A model generated the notes under the pieces. That model ran no database searches, was not told the origin of the DNA, and saw only the letters and a program-made list of their open reading frames with translations. The position numbers and the translations under genes were made by a program. DNA of 64,000 nucleotides, taken from the NCBI RefSeq assembly GCF_039654945.1, contig NW_027361906.1, positions 434,001-498,000 on the forward strand, in the 5' to 3' direction. Source of the stretch: Dendrobates tinctorius. Its lineage: Eukaryota. Below, in pieces: positions 13,947-28,767 of the stretch. Within the stretch, counting starts at the first letter, position 1. Every line of letters starts with the position of its first letter.

Positions 13947-15894
13947 ATTTATATTACCTTCTATACCAGAAAAAAACAGCTCAAATATTCTCCAGACGTG
14001 ACGTCAAGTCATTGTATATACTTCTATATATACAGGGGATACCTGCGTGCACTGCTGTATACATATATACTCTATATACACACAAGGCGTTACATACATA
14101 CACAGCAATAAAAGGAGACTGCGCCGTACGTATCACATCCATCCTCCCGACAGATGAAGTCTGCTGGATCTGTCGTTGCACAGATCGGACCCCCACAAGT
14201 CCCCAAAACGAGGCTCCGAAATGCCCCTTTAGAATAGAACAGTGACTGCTCATACGTATCTCCGCCCTATTCATGGTCTATGGGCCTGCTGAAGACCGCC
14301 AAGTGCTCCGCTATCCCCGGGAGCCCTATAGTCAATGAGTGGAGTGGCGGCCGGCTAGAATCCATCGCAGTGGCCTGTTCTCAATGTAGGAGATTACTGG
14401 CCAAGTTGGGACCACCCTTTTAAGACCCCTAAACACAAAAGTTGCCCAAATTTGCCTGTTTTATGTGGATCGGCCGACTATTAAATCCGCATGGGTCCTC
14501 CAGTCTGGTCCTTCCCCCTGACAGATGGTGACAAGGGTCGGGCATTATAAATTTTACCGCTTGATCCCTTAGGTTTCTAGGAAGATAAGTAGTCACAAGA
14601 GGAGTTTCACAGCACCTAAGTTCCCTCTCCCAGTTCAGCGAACATGCGTGCTTGAGCAAACTGAGCATGCATGTGTATGAGGGGAGGTGGAAGGGCATCT
14701 GAATGCAGAGCCCTTGGCCGAGCACGGAAAGAAGTGTACGGGGGGGGAGCGATTGTGAGCACATCGTCTATGGTTGTAGAGTTATTGCCGTAGGACCTCT
14801 TCAGTAGTGAATGAGTTGCACCCTGTCGCACCATCCATCGTATGTGATCATCTGACCCCTAAAAGGCCCATTCATCCCAATTACGTCAATTTTAAGGCAG
14901 CTTTTCTCAGAATGCTGCAATGTGTGGTTCCTCTGATATTCCTCCTGGTCTATCTGCTTGGTGAGTAGTCTCTGGCTCTTGGTCAGGAAACTCGCGAATC
15001 TCTTACCTTCCGGGATAACCAGTGCGGTTTTTGATTAACCAGGGCTGGTGGGGCGTCATCTGTTCACCATACCAGACTGGCTAATCAAGAGCCGCACCGA
15101 GGATCCCAGAATGTTAAAAATTCGGGAGCCTCCTGACCTGGCTGATTTACCAAGGTTCCACGACTCGATCCACCCATCTCTAACACCCATTTTTTCAATG
15201 TAGTCCTACAGGAAAAGAGACTAGCTGCTAGGAAGTCTCCCATACACGGCACACACAGACATGAACGATTCCTGCTCTCCGGTCTCTATGTAGCAAATTT
15301 TTAAAATCAGCAGCAGCAGCATGGAGGACATTATACAGAAATACTGAGCAGTGCAGCTGTGAATCCAGCTCTGGGATAAGACATATAATTACATAAAAGC
15401 ATTGGCAGTCGGTCTTGTCTGAGCAAGACAGATTTTATAAATTTTTCAGGGGCTACATGATACTAAGAAATGAGGCTACCGAGTTTACCAGAGTAGACTT
15501 GTCAGGAACGCTGAGGGGTCCGACTGTAACCATGCAGTCTACAGAGCCTGCCCTCATTTGGTATTGATTGTAATTACACACAGTGTGTTATGTGTAAGCT
15601 GCTAAAATGAGGTTAGTGAAGGGTTTATGGTTTGAGACCTGTCCGTTCTGACTAGAGAGGTGCATGCCCCCAGGAGGAGAGGAACACCCATTTATTAGGT
15701 AAGGTGCTTATCTATTCCCAGCACTGGAGGGATGAGACGTGTCCAAGTCCTATATCCAGTAAATAAAAAATGAGGGTTGTCCTTTTGTGATCTAGTGATT
15801 GGATCTCTTCACCTCTAGTAGTAAAAGACCGGGAACTCGTCATGAAAGGTCCTGGATTCTGGCGTGTAATGACGGTAGCGGATCCTCGGGTGGA

Positions 15895-15981
15895 TTAGGA
15901 GATCTGACAGCCGCTGTCCTTCTGGGGCTTTATGTCCGGTTCCTTCATGGGCTTCACCTCTTCTTCTTTCTTCGGTTTGGC
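15895..15981 (-). CDS. BROX: BROX last coding exon ([28 protein letters not shown]), with CAAX motif
   Basis: CAG acceptor, TAA at 15895-15897; matches the BROX C-terminus. Confidence 0.96.
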   Translation of the reverse strand, partial: AKPKKEEEVKPMKEPDIKPQKDSGCQIS

Positions 15982-16974
15982 CTGGAGCATGAGGAAATGT
16001 CAATATTAAATTTTACCCAACCTCGAGGATCTGTCGCTTTCACTTTTTACCGCTAATCTATTGTATATGCAAAGACAGAAAACTTTTGTCTAATACATTG
16101 TATTTAATGTCTCGAAATCTTTGCACTCACTGAAAAAAAAAAAAAATATACAAAAGAAGGCATCCGGAGGTTTTTACTGGGACATAACATGAGGCAGAGC
16201 TGCAGATTGTCATGTCAGGTGACTGATAAGAATAAGCAGTCATGTGTGTACACGAGGAATAACAATTTCTGACAGTTAGATGACATGTACCCTGCATTTT
16301 CACCAGTTCTTCCTCTACACGCTCTGTCTGTACTTTTCAGTTGTCTCTGAGCTGGTGGGTGTAAAGTAGCTGCTATGATGTGCCCTATACACACACACCC
16401 CAAGAGATTCCTGTTCTACTGTCTCCACATAACAAGTGTTTAAAAAGCAGCAGCATGGAGGACATTATACATCGGCACTGAGCAGTGTAGCTGTGAATAC
16501 AGCTCTAAGATAGGAAACTTAAAAACAAATCATTGGCAGGATTTTTAAGCCTCAAACGCTGCTCCTCAACCTCCCTTCTCCATACACATCAATAGGCAGC
16601 GGTGATCTGATCCCTCAGTGAACAATCAGTCTGCCCTATCTGAACAAGACAGATTTCAGCAGTGTTTCTAGACTGATGAATTCAGTAGACAGGGGAAATA
16701 TAATAAGTGGCTCATAAGTGGAGAAGAAGCACATTTCTCTGATGAGATATATTAGAAAGTTTTTATATGTGTTCTCACTATTAATTTATCAGGGACCATT
16801 TCCTAAGCTTTCTGTTCTACCGCAGAGTGGTCTTTCTTTTGCTCCTGAGATATGACGACCCCTTCTATGTATGTAAATTCAGATCCTACGCTCGCTCCTT
16901 ACACGAGCATATATAATATAGAGCCGCATACTGCCGTCTATCCATACCTTTACAAGGCCAGCCTATTTCTCCAT

Positions 16975-17262
16975 TACTAAGAAATTGCAGTTTGAATCAA
17001 TATTCAACTGAAGCTGAAGTGCTTTCAGTGTGTGAAAGCACTTCAGAGTTTCTGCTCTCCCCACTGCTCTAATCCATGGGCAGCACTGCCTTCTGTTTGA
17101 CTGACAGCTTCTTGGCTTTTTCACATCAAGACAAGGAATTGTTCATCAAGCAAAAAGCATGAGATTAGAGCTGGAATGAGCAGAAACTCTGAAGTGCTTT
17201 CACATGCCGAAAGCACTTCAGTTTCATTTGAATATTGATTCAAACGGCAATTTCTCAGAGGA
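16975..17262. mobile_element. Palindromic MITE-like core adjacent to the Tc1 insertion
   Basis: GAAATTGCAGTTTGAATCAATATTCAA...TTGAATATTGATTCAAACGGCAATTTC inverted arms. Confidence 0.55.
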
Positions 17263-17398
17263 ACAGAATTTCTAGCTACAGTTGTGGCCAAAAGTATTGA
17301 CACCCCTGCAATTCTATCAGATAATACTCAGTTTCTTCCTGAAAATGATTGCAAACACAAATTCTTTGGTATTATTATCTTCATTTAATTTGTCTTAA

Positions 17399-17844
17399 AG
17401 GGAATCTGTCACCCTTTTTTGAGATTTCATATAATGATATCATTCAATTGTGTGTCACATAAGGATTCTCTTAGGACTTTTGCTTCCTCCTGACCCCGCA
17501 CCTTTCATGCATAAATACCTTTTTTATATTGGTTCAGATGTATGTAAACTGCCGCTGTCCGGTCCGATGGGCGGGGCTTATTCACCTGCTCCTCCCCTCC
17601 CTGTCTTGCTCTACACAAGAAGAAATGCGTAGAGCAAGACATGAAGGGGGGAGCAGGTGAATAAGCCCCGCCCAGCGGACCGGAGAGCGGCAGTTTACAT
17701 ACATCTGAACCAATATAAAAAAGGTATTTATGCATGAAAGGTGCGGGGTCAGGAGGAAGCAAAAGTCCTAAGAGAATCCTTATGTGACACACAATTGAAT
17801 GATATCATTATATGAAATCTCAAAAAAGGGGTGACAGATTCCCT
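17399..17844. mobile_element. T2/Kolobok-type MITE nested in the Tc1 inverted repeat
   Basis: TTAA TSD; AGGGAATCTGTCACCC termini; near-perfect 446-bp palindrome; the opposite TIR shows the empty TTAA site. Confidence 0.93.
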
Positions 17845-17947
17845 TTAAATGAAAAAACACAAAAGAGAATGAAGCTAAAAGCAAAACATTGATCATTTCA
17901 CACTAAACTCCAAAAATGGGCCAGACAAAAGTATTGGCACCCTCAGC

Positions 17948-18981
<1,034 letters not shown>

Positions 18982-19666
18982 GCTCAATGTGGTACACACA
19001 AGGACACAGGACAGAGGTTGAGTCAACTTTAATCCATGTCAACTGGCTGCAAGTGTGATTTAGTTATTGCCAACACCTGTTAGGTGCCACAGGTAAGTTA
19101 CAGGTGCTGTTAGTTACACAAATTAGAGAAGCATCACAGGATTTTTCGCACAGTGCCAATACTTTTGTCCACCCTCTTTTTTATGTTTGGTGTGGAATTA
19201 TATCCAATTTGGCTTTAGGACGATTCTTTTTGTGTTTTTTCATTTAAGACAAATTAAATGAAGATAATAATACCAAAGAATTTGTGTTTGCAATCATTTT
19301 CAGGAAGAAACTGAGTATCATATGACAGAATTGCAGGGGTGTCAATACTTTTGGCCACAACTGTAGGTATAATGACGAGCGACATGCGCATATAGATAGT
19401 TCAGAGGAGGGGGTCAATGTGGACAGACCTTTAAGATAAGTTACACTGTGGTTTTCAAAATTATATCTGGTCATCCAAAGAACAAGCCCTGCCCTCATAT
19501 GGCCATACCAAAGGCAAAATGTGACAGTTCTGGCTCTGGGAAGATGTACATCAGCATTGGGGAGACGGGGATGAAGGGTGACCTGCCGCTACAGAGTGAT
19601 GTACAAACCAGGGAACAACCTGTGGTGAACTACAAGGCACAGATCAGATAAGAGCCGGGGTCTTAC

Positions 19667-19826
19667 ACTGTCGTCTTTTGGCCTCTTCGTAAGGTCGAAT
19701 CCTGCCTGCGTCTCCAGGGTCCATTGTGGGCTCATAGCTGGCAACTCAAAAGGTACGGGCTGCACCAGACCGTAATTTGCCTTTAGCTCCAATTCTGGCG
19801 CCTCCGGAGGAACCTTCTGGAAGTAA
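19667..19826 (-). CDS. BROX: BROX coding exon 11 ([53 protein letters not shown])
   Basis: CAG/GTAAGA sites, phase consistent, BROX homology. Confidence 0.96.
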
Positions 19827-19869
19827 CTGAAAGACACAATGAATATTGTTTTGTTGACATTGGCAGCTT

Positions 19870-20690
19870 GTACCGAGGGGCATCAGATACCATCTCTGCC
19901 TTCCTGTACCGAGGGGCATCTGATGCCATCTCTGCCTTCCCGTACCGAGGGGCATCTGATACCATCGCCGCCTTCCCGTACCAAGGGGCATCTGATGCCA
20001 TCGCCGCCTTCCCGTACCAAGGGGCATCTGATACCATCGCCGCCTTCCCGTACCAAGGGGCATCTGATACCATCGCCGCCTTCCCGTACCAAGGGGCATC
20101 TGATGCCATCGCCGCCTTCTTGTACCAAGGGGCATCTGATGCCATCGCCGCCTTCCTCTACCAAGGGGCATCTGATGCCATCACCGCCTTCTCGTACCAA
20201 GGGGCATCCGATGCCATCGCCGCCTTCCCGTACCAAGGGGCATCTGATGCCATCGCCGCCTTCCCGTACCAAGGGGCATCTGATGCCATCACCGCCTTCC
20301 CGTACCAAGGGGCATCTGATACCATCGCCGCCTTCCCGTACCAAGGGGCATCTGATACCATCGTCGCCTTCCCGTACCAAGGGGCATCTGATACCATCGC
20401 CGCCTTCCCGTACCAAGGGGCATCTGATGCCATCGCCGCCTTCTCGTACCAAGGGACATCTGATGCCATCACCACCTTCCCGTACCAAGGGGCATGTGAT
20501 GCCATCGCCGCCTTCTCGTACCAAGGGGCATCTGATGCCATCGCCGCCTTCCTCTACCAAGGGGCATCTGATGCCATCGCCGCCTTCCTCTACCAAGGGG
20601 CATCTGATGCCATCACCGCCTTCTTGTACCAAGGGGCATCTGATGCCATCGCCGCCTTCCTCTACCAAGGGGCATCTGATGCCATCGCTG
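19870..20690. repeat. 36-bp minisatellite (CGTACCAAGGGGCATCTGATGCCATCGCCGCCTTCC), about 23 copies
   Basis: Direct tandem repeats. Confidence 0.97.
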
Positions 20691-20749
20691 TCTTTTGTCC
20701 TGGAGGGGAGAGACTTTCGGAGTTATTCTCCATGAAACCTGTGACTTAC

Positions 20750-20900
20750 ATGAATCCATTTTCCCGCTGACATTTCTCGAGCGTGTTCTTTACTTGTGTT
20801 CCCAGTTTCCTGAAGAAGATGTGCCCCGAGGGCTTTGCTGTGGTTCCTGCTCCTTTGGTTTGACCATACTCCTTACATAAAGCCTCAGCCTTGCCATAAA
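20750..20900 (-). CDS. BROX: BROX coding exon 10 ([49 protein letters not shown])
   Basis: TAG/GTAAGT sites; BRO1-domain ENGFIY motif spans the junction. Confidence 0.96.
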
Positions 20901-21584
20901 CTAAACAAAGAAAAGAACAATGACCCAAACCCTTCATTTTCATTTATAACACGATTTATGATCACTAGAACCATCGATGTACCCAACATCACTGTCCCCA
21001 GAACTGCTTGCATATAAATAAAAAAAAAAGGGGGGGAAGGAGGGGGATGCGGCTGAAGTCTCACTCTCACCCTCAGACTGAATGCTGCGAGAGGGGGGGA
21101 CAGAAGGGGATGGATTTGGATTGGCCTGATCAGAGCATTTGAATAAAGGGCTGTCAGCTTTGGATAATCCGCTCTGTTCTAATAGTTCCTCAATATGAGC
21201 AGATGACAGGGTGTCTTGGAAATAAGGGGCGCCACTTCAATTTTTACAAAATAATCTTTTTTTCTCTCTCTAAAGCCATCACCTACCTACAGAATAGGCG
21301 ATAAATGTACAATGCTGCGGCCATGAACAGAACGGGGGTCCCGAAGTCCCCTGTGTGTGACCGCACACTCGACCATCAGTCCATAGACTTTTATAGGACT
21401 GTCAGTGTAGTGGTCGATGATGTGCGCTAGCGCTCCATTTACACGAAGGACTTGGGCCATCCCAGCAGTCGGATCCCCCCCATCTATCAGATTTGTCACC
21501 TGGAGATAAGCGGCATCGGGGCTGTCTGGACGCCGCGTATCTCTCCGCCACTGGCTTATCAGACCCACACAAGTATGGACTTAC

Positions 21585-21666
21585 ATTTCTCGGATTCCTG
21601 CAGGGACCGGATTGCTTCCCCACACTTGTCGCTTGCTAGTAGAGTCTGACCGTGATAGCAGAAAGC
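21585..21666 (-). CDS. BROX: BROX coding exon 9 ([27 protein letters not shown])
   Basis: CAG/GTAAGT sites, homology. Confidence 0.96.
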
Positions 21667-21988
21667 CTGTAGGGGGCAGCGGTGAGTAATAACCAAGGTG
21701 CGATATGCAGAGTGTACACAATATAACACCCCCCCCGACCAATCAGGCTATGTGATGCCGACGGACCCCCACGTCCCCGCTGATCCCCGTCATATGTGAC
21801 ACATCAGACGGGGGGGGACACAAGTAAAGATGTCACTTAACCCCTCGATGAACATCACATGTCAGGTTGCAGGTGTACAGCTGAGCATGCGCCATACTGG
21901 GCAGGTGTCGGCTGTGTAATACAGCTAGTACCTGAGGCTAAGAGCAGCGACCAGAACTAGCTCCAATCACAGCTGTGTAACCACTTAA

Positions 21989-22327
21989 AGGGGTATTCCC
22001 CGTCTCCAAGATCGTATCCCAATATATAGTAGGTGTAATAATTATAATATTAGCAAATATCTTCAATTATAAATGCAGTATAGTTCTCCTGATAACCTAT
22101 ATCACTTACCTCATGTGCAGGACATTGCAGTAGGTTAAGTATGCATAGATACGGCAACTGTCACTGTGAGTGGACGTAACCGTGGATACCTGCTACTGCA
22201 ATGCCCTGCACGAGGTAAGTGACACAGTGAATCAGGAGAACTAGACTAATATCTAATTGGAGGTACTTACTAATATTATTACACCTACTGCATATTGGGA
22301 TAGGATCTTGAAGATGGGATTACTCTT
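21989..22327. mobile_element. T2/Kolobok-type palindromic MITE
   Basis: TTAA flanks; AGGGGTATTCCC...GGGATTACTCTT termini; inverted arms. Confidence 0.8.
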
Positions 22328-22561
22328 TTAAATAACACCTGTCAATCATTAGAAGCGGTAATTATCAAAACTTCGCACGTTCCCCCAAAATGGTGCTAAT
22401 GACCGTGCCCTCACGGCTCCATCCATGGCCCTCCTACTGCGATGTGGACAGAAAAATGTAAAAAAAAGTTATAATTCTTGAAAGAAGGGGATAGAAAGAG
22501 ATAAATTCATGTGCGAGTTGTAGGTCGATAGCGCCCCCTGTAGTGCGGGGCGTGCACTTAC

Positions 22562-22647
22562 ATAAGCCATATAGAAGCACATCTTCAGCTGGGTATAACT
22601 CCTCCACTTTGCGATATACGCCGGGTCCAGGCTGGAAAGGGTGTGAT
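22562..22647 (-). CDS. BROX: BROX coding exon 8 ([29 protein letters not shown])
   Basis: TAG/GTAAGT sites, homology. Confidence 0.96.
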
Positions 22648-23083
22648 CTAAAAACGGAGGGAAATAGAGGAAAACGTTCACTTTAAAGACGGGGGATCTG
22701 GACACCAGGACCCCCCACTGAGACCAAGAATAAGGACCCCCAGGTTCCTCTCTATATTGTGCTTTGACTCTTCCTACTAATGAGTAACACCAGAGAAAAC
22801 AGCTTAGCACTCATATTCGGCCATTAATCCAGTCACAGGCAGGGCTCCCTGGTAATAGCGGGCGTCTTAGAGGTGCCCCCAAAGTTATGTCCGTACATAC
22901 TGCATGTTCCTGCGCTGAATGTAGGTGTTAAAGACTGTCGCCCTCTAGTGGACACTCTGGGAACAGACGTAGTAAGCGGCAGCGCTCAGCGCGGCTCCTC
23001 TGCAGGACCTGATGGTGCTGCCACCATTAACTCCGCTCTATAGGGTGACCCTCAGACAGGGGAGGAAACGCGAGAACACTCAC

Positions 23084-23173
23084 CGACTCTCTGGTAGTAA
23101 TTTGCGGTTTCATAGGCCAAAGCCGCGATCAGACCGGGGTTGTGCTTCAGCTCGATCGCCCGAGCTATGGTCA
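23084..23173 (-). CDS. BROX: BROX coding exon 7 ([30 protein letters not shown])
   Basis: CAG/GTGAGT sites, homology. Confidence 0.96.
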
Positions 23174-23231
23174 CTGCCCAGGAGAAAAAAAAAAAAGGAC
23201 TACACATAGTGCTAGGGTAATAGTATGTCAC

Positions 23232-26200
23232 AATCTGCTGCAGAACCTCACAATACACCTCAGCTGCTGCAGAACCTCATAATACACACCTCAGCTGCTG
23301 CAGAACCTCACAATACACCTCAGCTGCTGCAGAACCTCATAATACACACCTCAGCTGCTGCAGAACCTCACAATACACCTCAGCTGCTGCAGAACCTCAT
23401 AACACACACCTCAGCTGCTGCAGAACCTCATAATACACCTCGGCTGCTGCAGAACCTCATAATACACCTCGGCTGCTGCAGAACCTCATAATACACCTCA
23501 GCTGCTGCAGAACCTCATAACACACACCTCAGCTGCTGCAGAACCTCATAATACACCTCGGCTGCTGCAGAACCTCATAATACACCTCGGCTGCTGCAGA
23601 ACCTCATAATACACCTCGGCTGCTGCAGAACCTCATAATACACCTCAGCTGCTGCAGAACCTCATAATACACACCTCAGCTGCTGCAGAACCTCATAATA
23701 CACCTCGGCTGCTGCAGAACCCCATAATACACCTCAGCTGCTGCAGAACCTCATAACACACACCTCAGCTGCTGCAGAACCTCATAATACACCTCGGCTG
23801 CTGCAGAACCTCATAATACACCTCAGCTGCTGCAGAACCTCATAATACACACCTCAGCTGCTGCAGAACCTCATAATACACCTCGGCTGCTGCAGAACCC
23901 CATAATACACCTCATCTGCTGCAGAACCTCATATTACACCTCATCTTCTGCAGAACCTCATAATACACCTCAGCTGCTGCAGAACCTCATAATACACACC
24001 TCAGCTGCTGCAGAACCTCATAATACACCTCGGCTGCTGCAGAACCTCATAATACATCTCATCTGCTGCAGAACCTCATATTACACCTCAGCTGCTGCAG
24101 AACCTCATAATACACCTCAGCTGCTGCAGAACCTCATTAATACACCTCGGCTGCTGCAGAACCTCATTAATACACCTCGGCTGCTGCAGAACATCATAAT
24201 ACACCTCAGCTGCTGCAAAACCTCATAATACACCTCATCTGCTGCAGAACCTCATAATACACCTCAGCTGCTGCAAAACCTCATAATACACCTCATCTGC
24301 TGCAGAACCTCATATTACACCTCAGCTGCTGCAGAACCTCATTAATACACCTCGGCTGCTGCAGAACCTCATAATACACCTCATCTGCTGCAGAACCTCA
24401 TAATACACCTCAGCTGCTGCAAAACCTCATAATACACCTCATCTGCTGCAGAACCTCATAATACACCTCATCTGCTGCAGAACCTCATATTACACCTCAG
24501 CTGCTGCAGAACCTCATTAATACACCTCGGCTGCTGCAGAACCTCATTAATACACCTCATCTGCTGCAGAACCTCATAATACACCTCATCTGCTGCAGAA
24601 CCTCATAATACACCTCAGCTGCTGCAAAACCTCATAATACACCTCATCTGCTGCAGAACCTCATAATACACCTCATCTGCTGCAGAACCTCATATTACAC
24701 CTCAGCTGCTGCAGAACCTCATTAATACACCTCGGCTGCTGCAGAACCTCATTAATACACCTCATCTGCTGCAGAACCTCATAATACACCTCAGCTGCTG
24801 CAAAACCTCATAATACACCTCATCTGCTGCAGAACCTCATAATACACCTCATCTGCTGCAGAACCTCATATTACACCTCAGCTGCTGCAGAACCCCATAA
24901 TACACCTCATCTTCTGCAGAACCTCATAATACACCTCATCTTCTGCAGAACCCCATAATACACCTCATCTGCTGCAGAACCTCATAATACACCTCATCTG
25001 CTGCAGAACCTCATAATACACCTCATCTGCTGCAGAACCTCATAATACACCTCATCTGCTGCAGAACCTCATAATACACCTCATCTGCTGCAGAACCTCA
25101 TAATACACCTCATCTGCTGCAGAACCTCATAATACACCTCATCTGCTGCAGAACCTCATAATACACCTCAGCTGCTGCAAAACCTCATAATACACCTCAT
25201 CTGCTGCAGAACCTCATAATACACCTCATCTGCTGCAGAACCTCATAATACACCTCATCTGCTGCAGAACCCCATAATACACCTCATCTGCTGCAGAACC
25301 TCATAATACACCTCATCTGCTGCAGAACCTCATAATACACCTCATCTGCTGCAGAACCTCATAATACACCTCATCTGCTGCAGAACCTCATAATACACCT
25401 CATCTGCTGCAGAACCTCATAATACACCTCATCTGCTGCAGAACCTCATAATACACCTCATCTGCTGCAGAACCTCATAATACACCTCATATTCTGCAGA
25501 ACCTCATAATACACCTCATCTGCTGCAGAACCTCATAATACACCTCAGCTGCTGCAGAACCTCATAATACACCTCAGCTGCTGCAGAACCTCATAATACA
25601 CCTCATCTGCTGCAGAACCCCATAATACACCTCAGCTGCTGCAGAACCTCATAATACACCTCATCTGCTGCAGAACCTCATAATACACCTCATCTGCTGC
25701 AGAACCTCATAATACACCTCAGCTGCTGCAGAACCTCATAATACACCTCAGCTGCTGCAGAACCTCATAATACACCTCAGCTGCTGCAGAACCTCATAAT
25801 ACACCTCATCTGCTGCAGAACCCCATAATACACCTCATCTGCTGCAGAACCCCATAATACACCTCATCTGCTGCAGAACCCCATAATACACCTCATCTGC
25901 TGCAGAACCTCATAATACACCTCAGCTGCTGCAGAACCTCATAATACACCTCAGCTGCTGCAGAACCTCATAATACATCTCAGCTGCTGCAGAACCTCAT
26001 AATACACCTCAGCTGCTGCAGAACATCATAATACACCTCCTCTGCTGCAGAACCCCATAATACACCTCAGCTGCTGCAGAACCTCATAATACACCTCAGC
26101 TGCTGCAGAACCCCATAATACACCTCAGCTGCTGCAGAACCCCATAATAAACCCAGCTGCTGCAGAACCTCATAATACACCTCAGCTGCTGCAGAACCCC

Positions 26201-27166
26201 ATAATACACCTCATCTGCTGCAGAACCCCATAATACACCTCATCTGCTGCAGAACCCCATAATACACCTCATCTGCTGCAGAACCCCATAATACACCTCA
26301 GCTGCTGCAGAACCTCATAATACACCTCAGCTGCTGCAGAACCTCATAATACACCTCAGCTGCTGCAGAACCCCATAATACACCTCAGCTGCTGCAGAAC
26401 CTCATAATACACCTCATCTGCTGCAGAACCTCATAATACACCTCATCTGCTGCAGAACCCCATAATACACCTCATCTGCTGCAGAACCCCATAATACACC
26501 TCAGCTGCTGCAGAACCTCATAATACACCTCATCTGCTGCAGAACCCCATAATACACCTCAGCTGCTGCAGAACCCCATAATACACCTCATCTGCTGCAG
26601 AACCTCATAATACACCTCAGCTGCTGGAGAACCTCATAATACACCTCATCTGCTGCAGAACCTCATAATACACCTCAGCTGCTGCAGAACCTCATAATAC
26701 ACCTCAGCTGCTGCAGAACCTCATAATACACCTCAGCTGCTGCAGAACCCCATAATACACCTCAGCTGCTGCAGAACCTCATAATACACCTCAGCTGCTG
26801 CAGAACCTCATAATACACCTCATCTGCTGCAGAACCCCATAATACACCTCATCTGCTGCAGAACCCCATAATACACCTCAGCTGCTGCAGAACCTCATAA
26901 TACACCTCATCTGCTGCAGAACCCCATAATACACCTCAGCTGCTGCAGAACCCCATAATACACCTCATCTGCTGCAGAACCTCATAATACACCTCAGCTG
27001 CTGCAGAACCTCATAATACACCTCATCTGCTGCAGAACCTCATAATACACCTCATCTGCTGCAGAACCTCATAATACACCTCAGCTGCTGCAGAACCCCA
27101 TAATACACCTCATCTGCTGCAGAACCCCATAATACACCTCAGCTGTTGCAGAACCTCATAATACAC
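23232..27166. repeat. 29-bp minisatellite (AATACACCTCAGCTGCTGCAGAACCTCAT, with 30/31-bp variants), about 135 copies
   Basis: Direct tandem repeats. Confidence 0.98.
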
Positions 27167-27225
27167 GTTCTATTTACAGTAATGGGGGGCTTAGTCCTTC
27201 TCATACATGACTAGGACCACCGTAC

Positions 27226-27331
27226 CTTCCTGTGCTTCCGCCTGGCACTGGATGATATAAGCGTCGATCACCCGACTTTCAAAATCCCGTCCTTTCTCTA
27301 CCGGGGTGATGAGTTTTGGAATGTGCGTCTC
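27226..27331 (-). CDS. BROX: BROX coding exon 6 ([35 protein letters not shown])
   Basis: TAG/GTACGG sites, homology. Confidence 0.96.
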
Positions 27332-27969
27332 CTAAAAGCACAGAGGTAAGAGAGGTTCACACCGGGGCCGTCCGGCGAAGGCTCCATTATCAGCAGTGAC
27401 AGGCCATGGAGAGTTTTTGGGTGGATAACACGTCTGACGCGCCGTGTGGGTCTTGTGCTGCGGCCACTATGCTGCATCTTTTTTAATTATGACCCCCATT
27501 TTAGTGATCTGTGGGGGTGTCAGCTATGAAATGATTGCTGACCTGTGTCTTTTGAGGCTTTTAGGGGCCTGATCTGGGGTCTATTTAGGGGTCCAAGATC
27601 TGCAGAACTATCGATGTTGGAACTTGTGATGTATGATGACGGCTGCGCTCCTAAATCCCGATTATGTGTCGGGGGTGATGCAGCGAATGTGTGGGGACAG
27701 TGAGGTTCGGCACGTGGGATCACACAGGGGGATTTTCCCTTTTCCTAGAAGATTGGCAGCTGAGATGTAGGGCAGAGCTGGTCCCCGGCTCCCGCTGTTT
27801 TGGGGGGGCATTCATGGCCGCCAGTGCACACCGGCATTATGGGTTCTGTACTTACAAAAAGCTACTTTAATCTTTTTGCCACAGACCATGAAGTGATCCC
27901 ATAATAGTGATTTATAACAGGTCTGAGAACTTTTGGGTTTTCGGGGAGGAGTACGAGGTTGCACTTTAC

Positions 27970-28042
27970 CTTGAGGTGGCTGAAAATCCCCGCCGCGATC
28001 TTCAGACTCTTGTGAACTTCTTTGGCCTCAGTTTCTGTAATG
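27970..28042 (-). CDS. BROX: BROX coding exon 5 ([24 protein letters not shown])
   Basis: CAG/GTAAAG sites, homology. Confidence 0.96.
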
Positions 28043-28767
28043 CTGAAAGACATCAAGTCACGTCACGGACGGACGGCACGAGCGGTGCAAGGCCAGGGGG
28101 TCCTCTCATGGTAACGGGGGTCTCAGAGTTTATACAAAATTGATCCAAAAGTAGGGAATTTAAAAAAAAAAATAAGTAAAAAATCCCCCACCTATTCAGT
28201 ACCGCCACGTTACTCAGGCAGGATGTCATCAGGGACCACTGATCAGTCAACTGACCACTGCAGCCAATCACTGGACGCAGCTGCCAAATATGCAAAGGTC
28301 ACTACAGACGTCAGCGATTGGCGGCAGCGGTCGAGAGACTGACAGACAAGATGTCCAGTTACTGTAGACTAGTAATGCGACTGTCCGCCACAGGCGGGAG
28401 AGGAGATACTGGGGCTGCCCGTCTGTATGAGCAAGCGGGACTCAGTCTAGGACCCAAGATTTATCTAATATGTATGGTGGGCTGACTGCAAGATCACAAC
28501 ACACAGGATCCGTAACCATGGAGACACATAGGTCTGCAAAGAGATGTGTGCACAAAACGACAGGGTTTGTTTGGGTTTTTTTTTTATAGATGTACTAGAG
28601 CATTAACAACAGTGGTGGGAAAAAAAATGTAAGTAATTGATGATTGGTGGATACGGTGACATGGTGCCGATAGGCAAAAAAAAACAGAAAAAAATTACTT
28701 TTAGAATCCATTATTCCACAACAACGTGTCAGTGATTCATGGCCACAGAAGCGCGGATAGTACTCAC

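Noticed and set aside
17450-17792. Identical peptides predicted on both strands
   Set aside because: Consequence of the palindromic MITE, not a duplicated gene
19746-20770. Long ORFs (up to 300 aa) in several frames
   Set aside because: Artefact of a 36-bp (3n) tandem repeat inside a BROX intron; open on both strands
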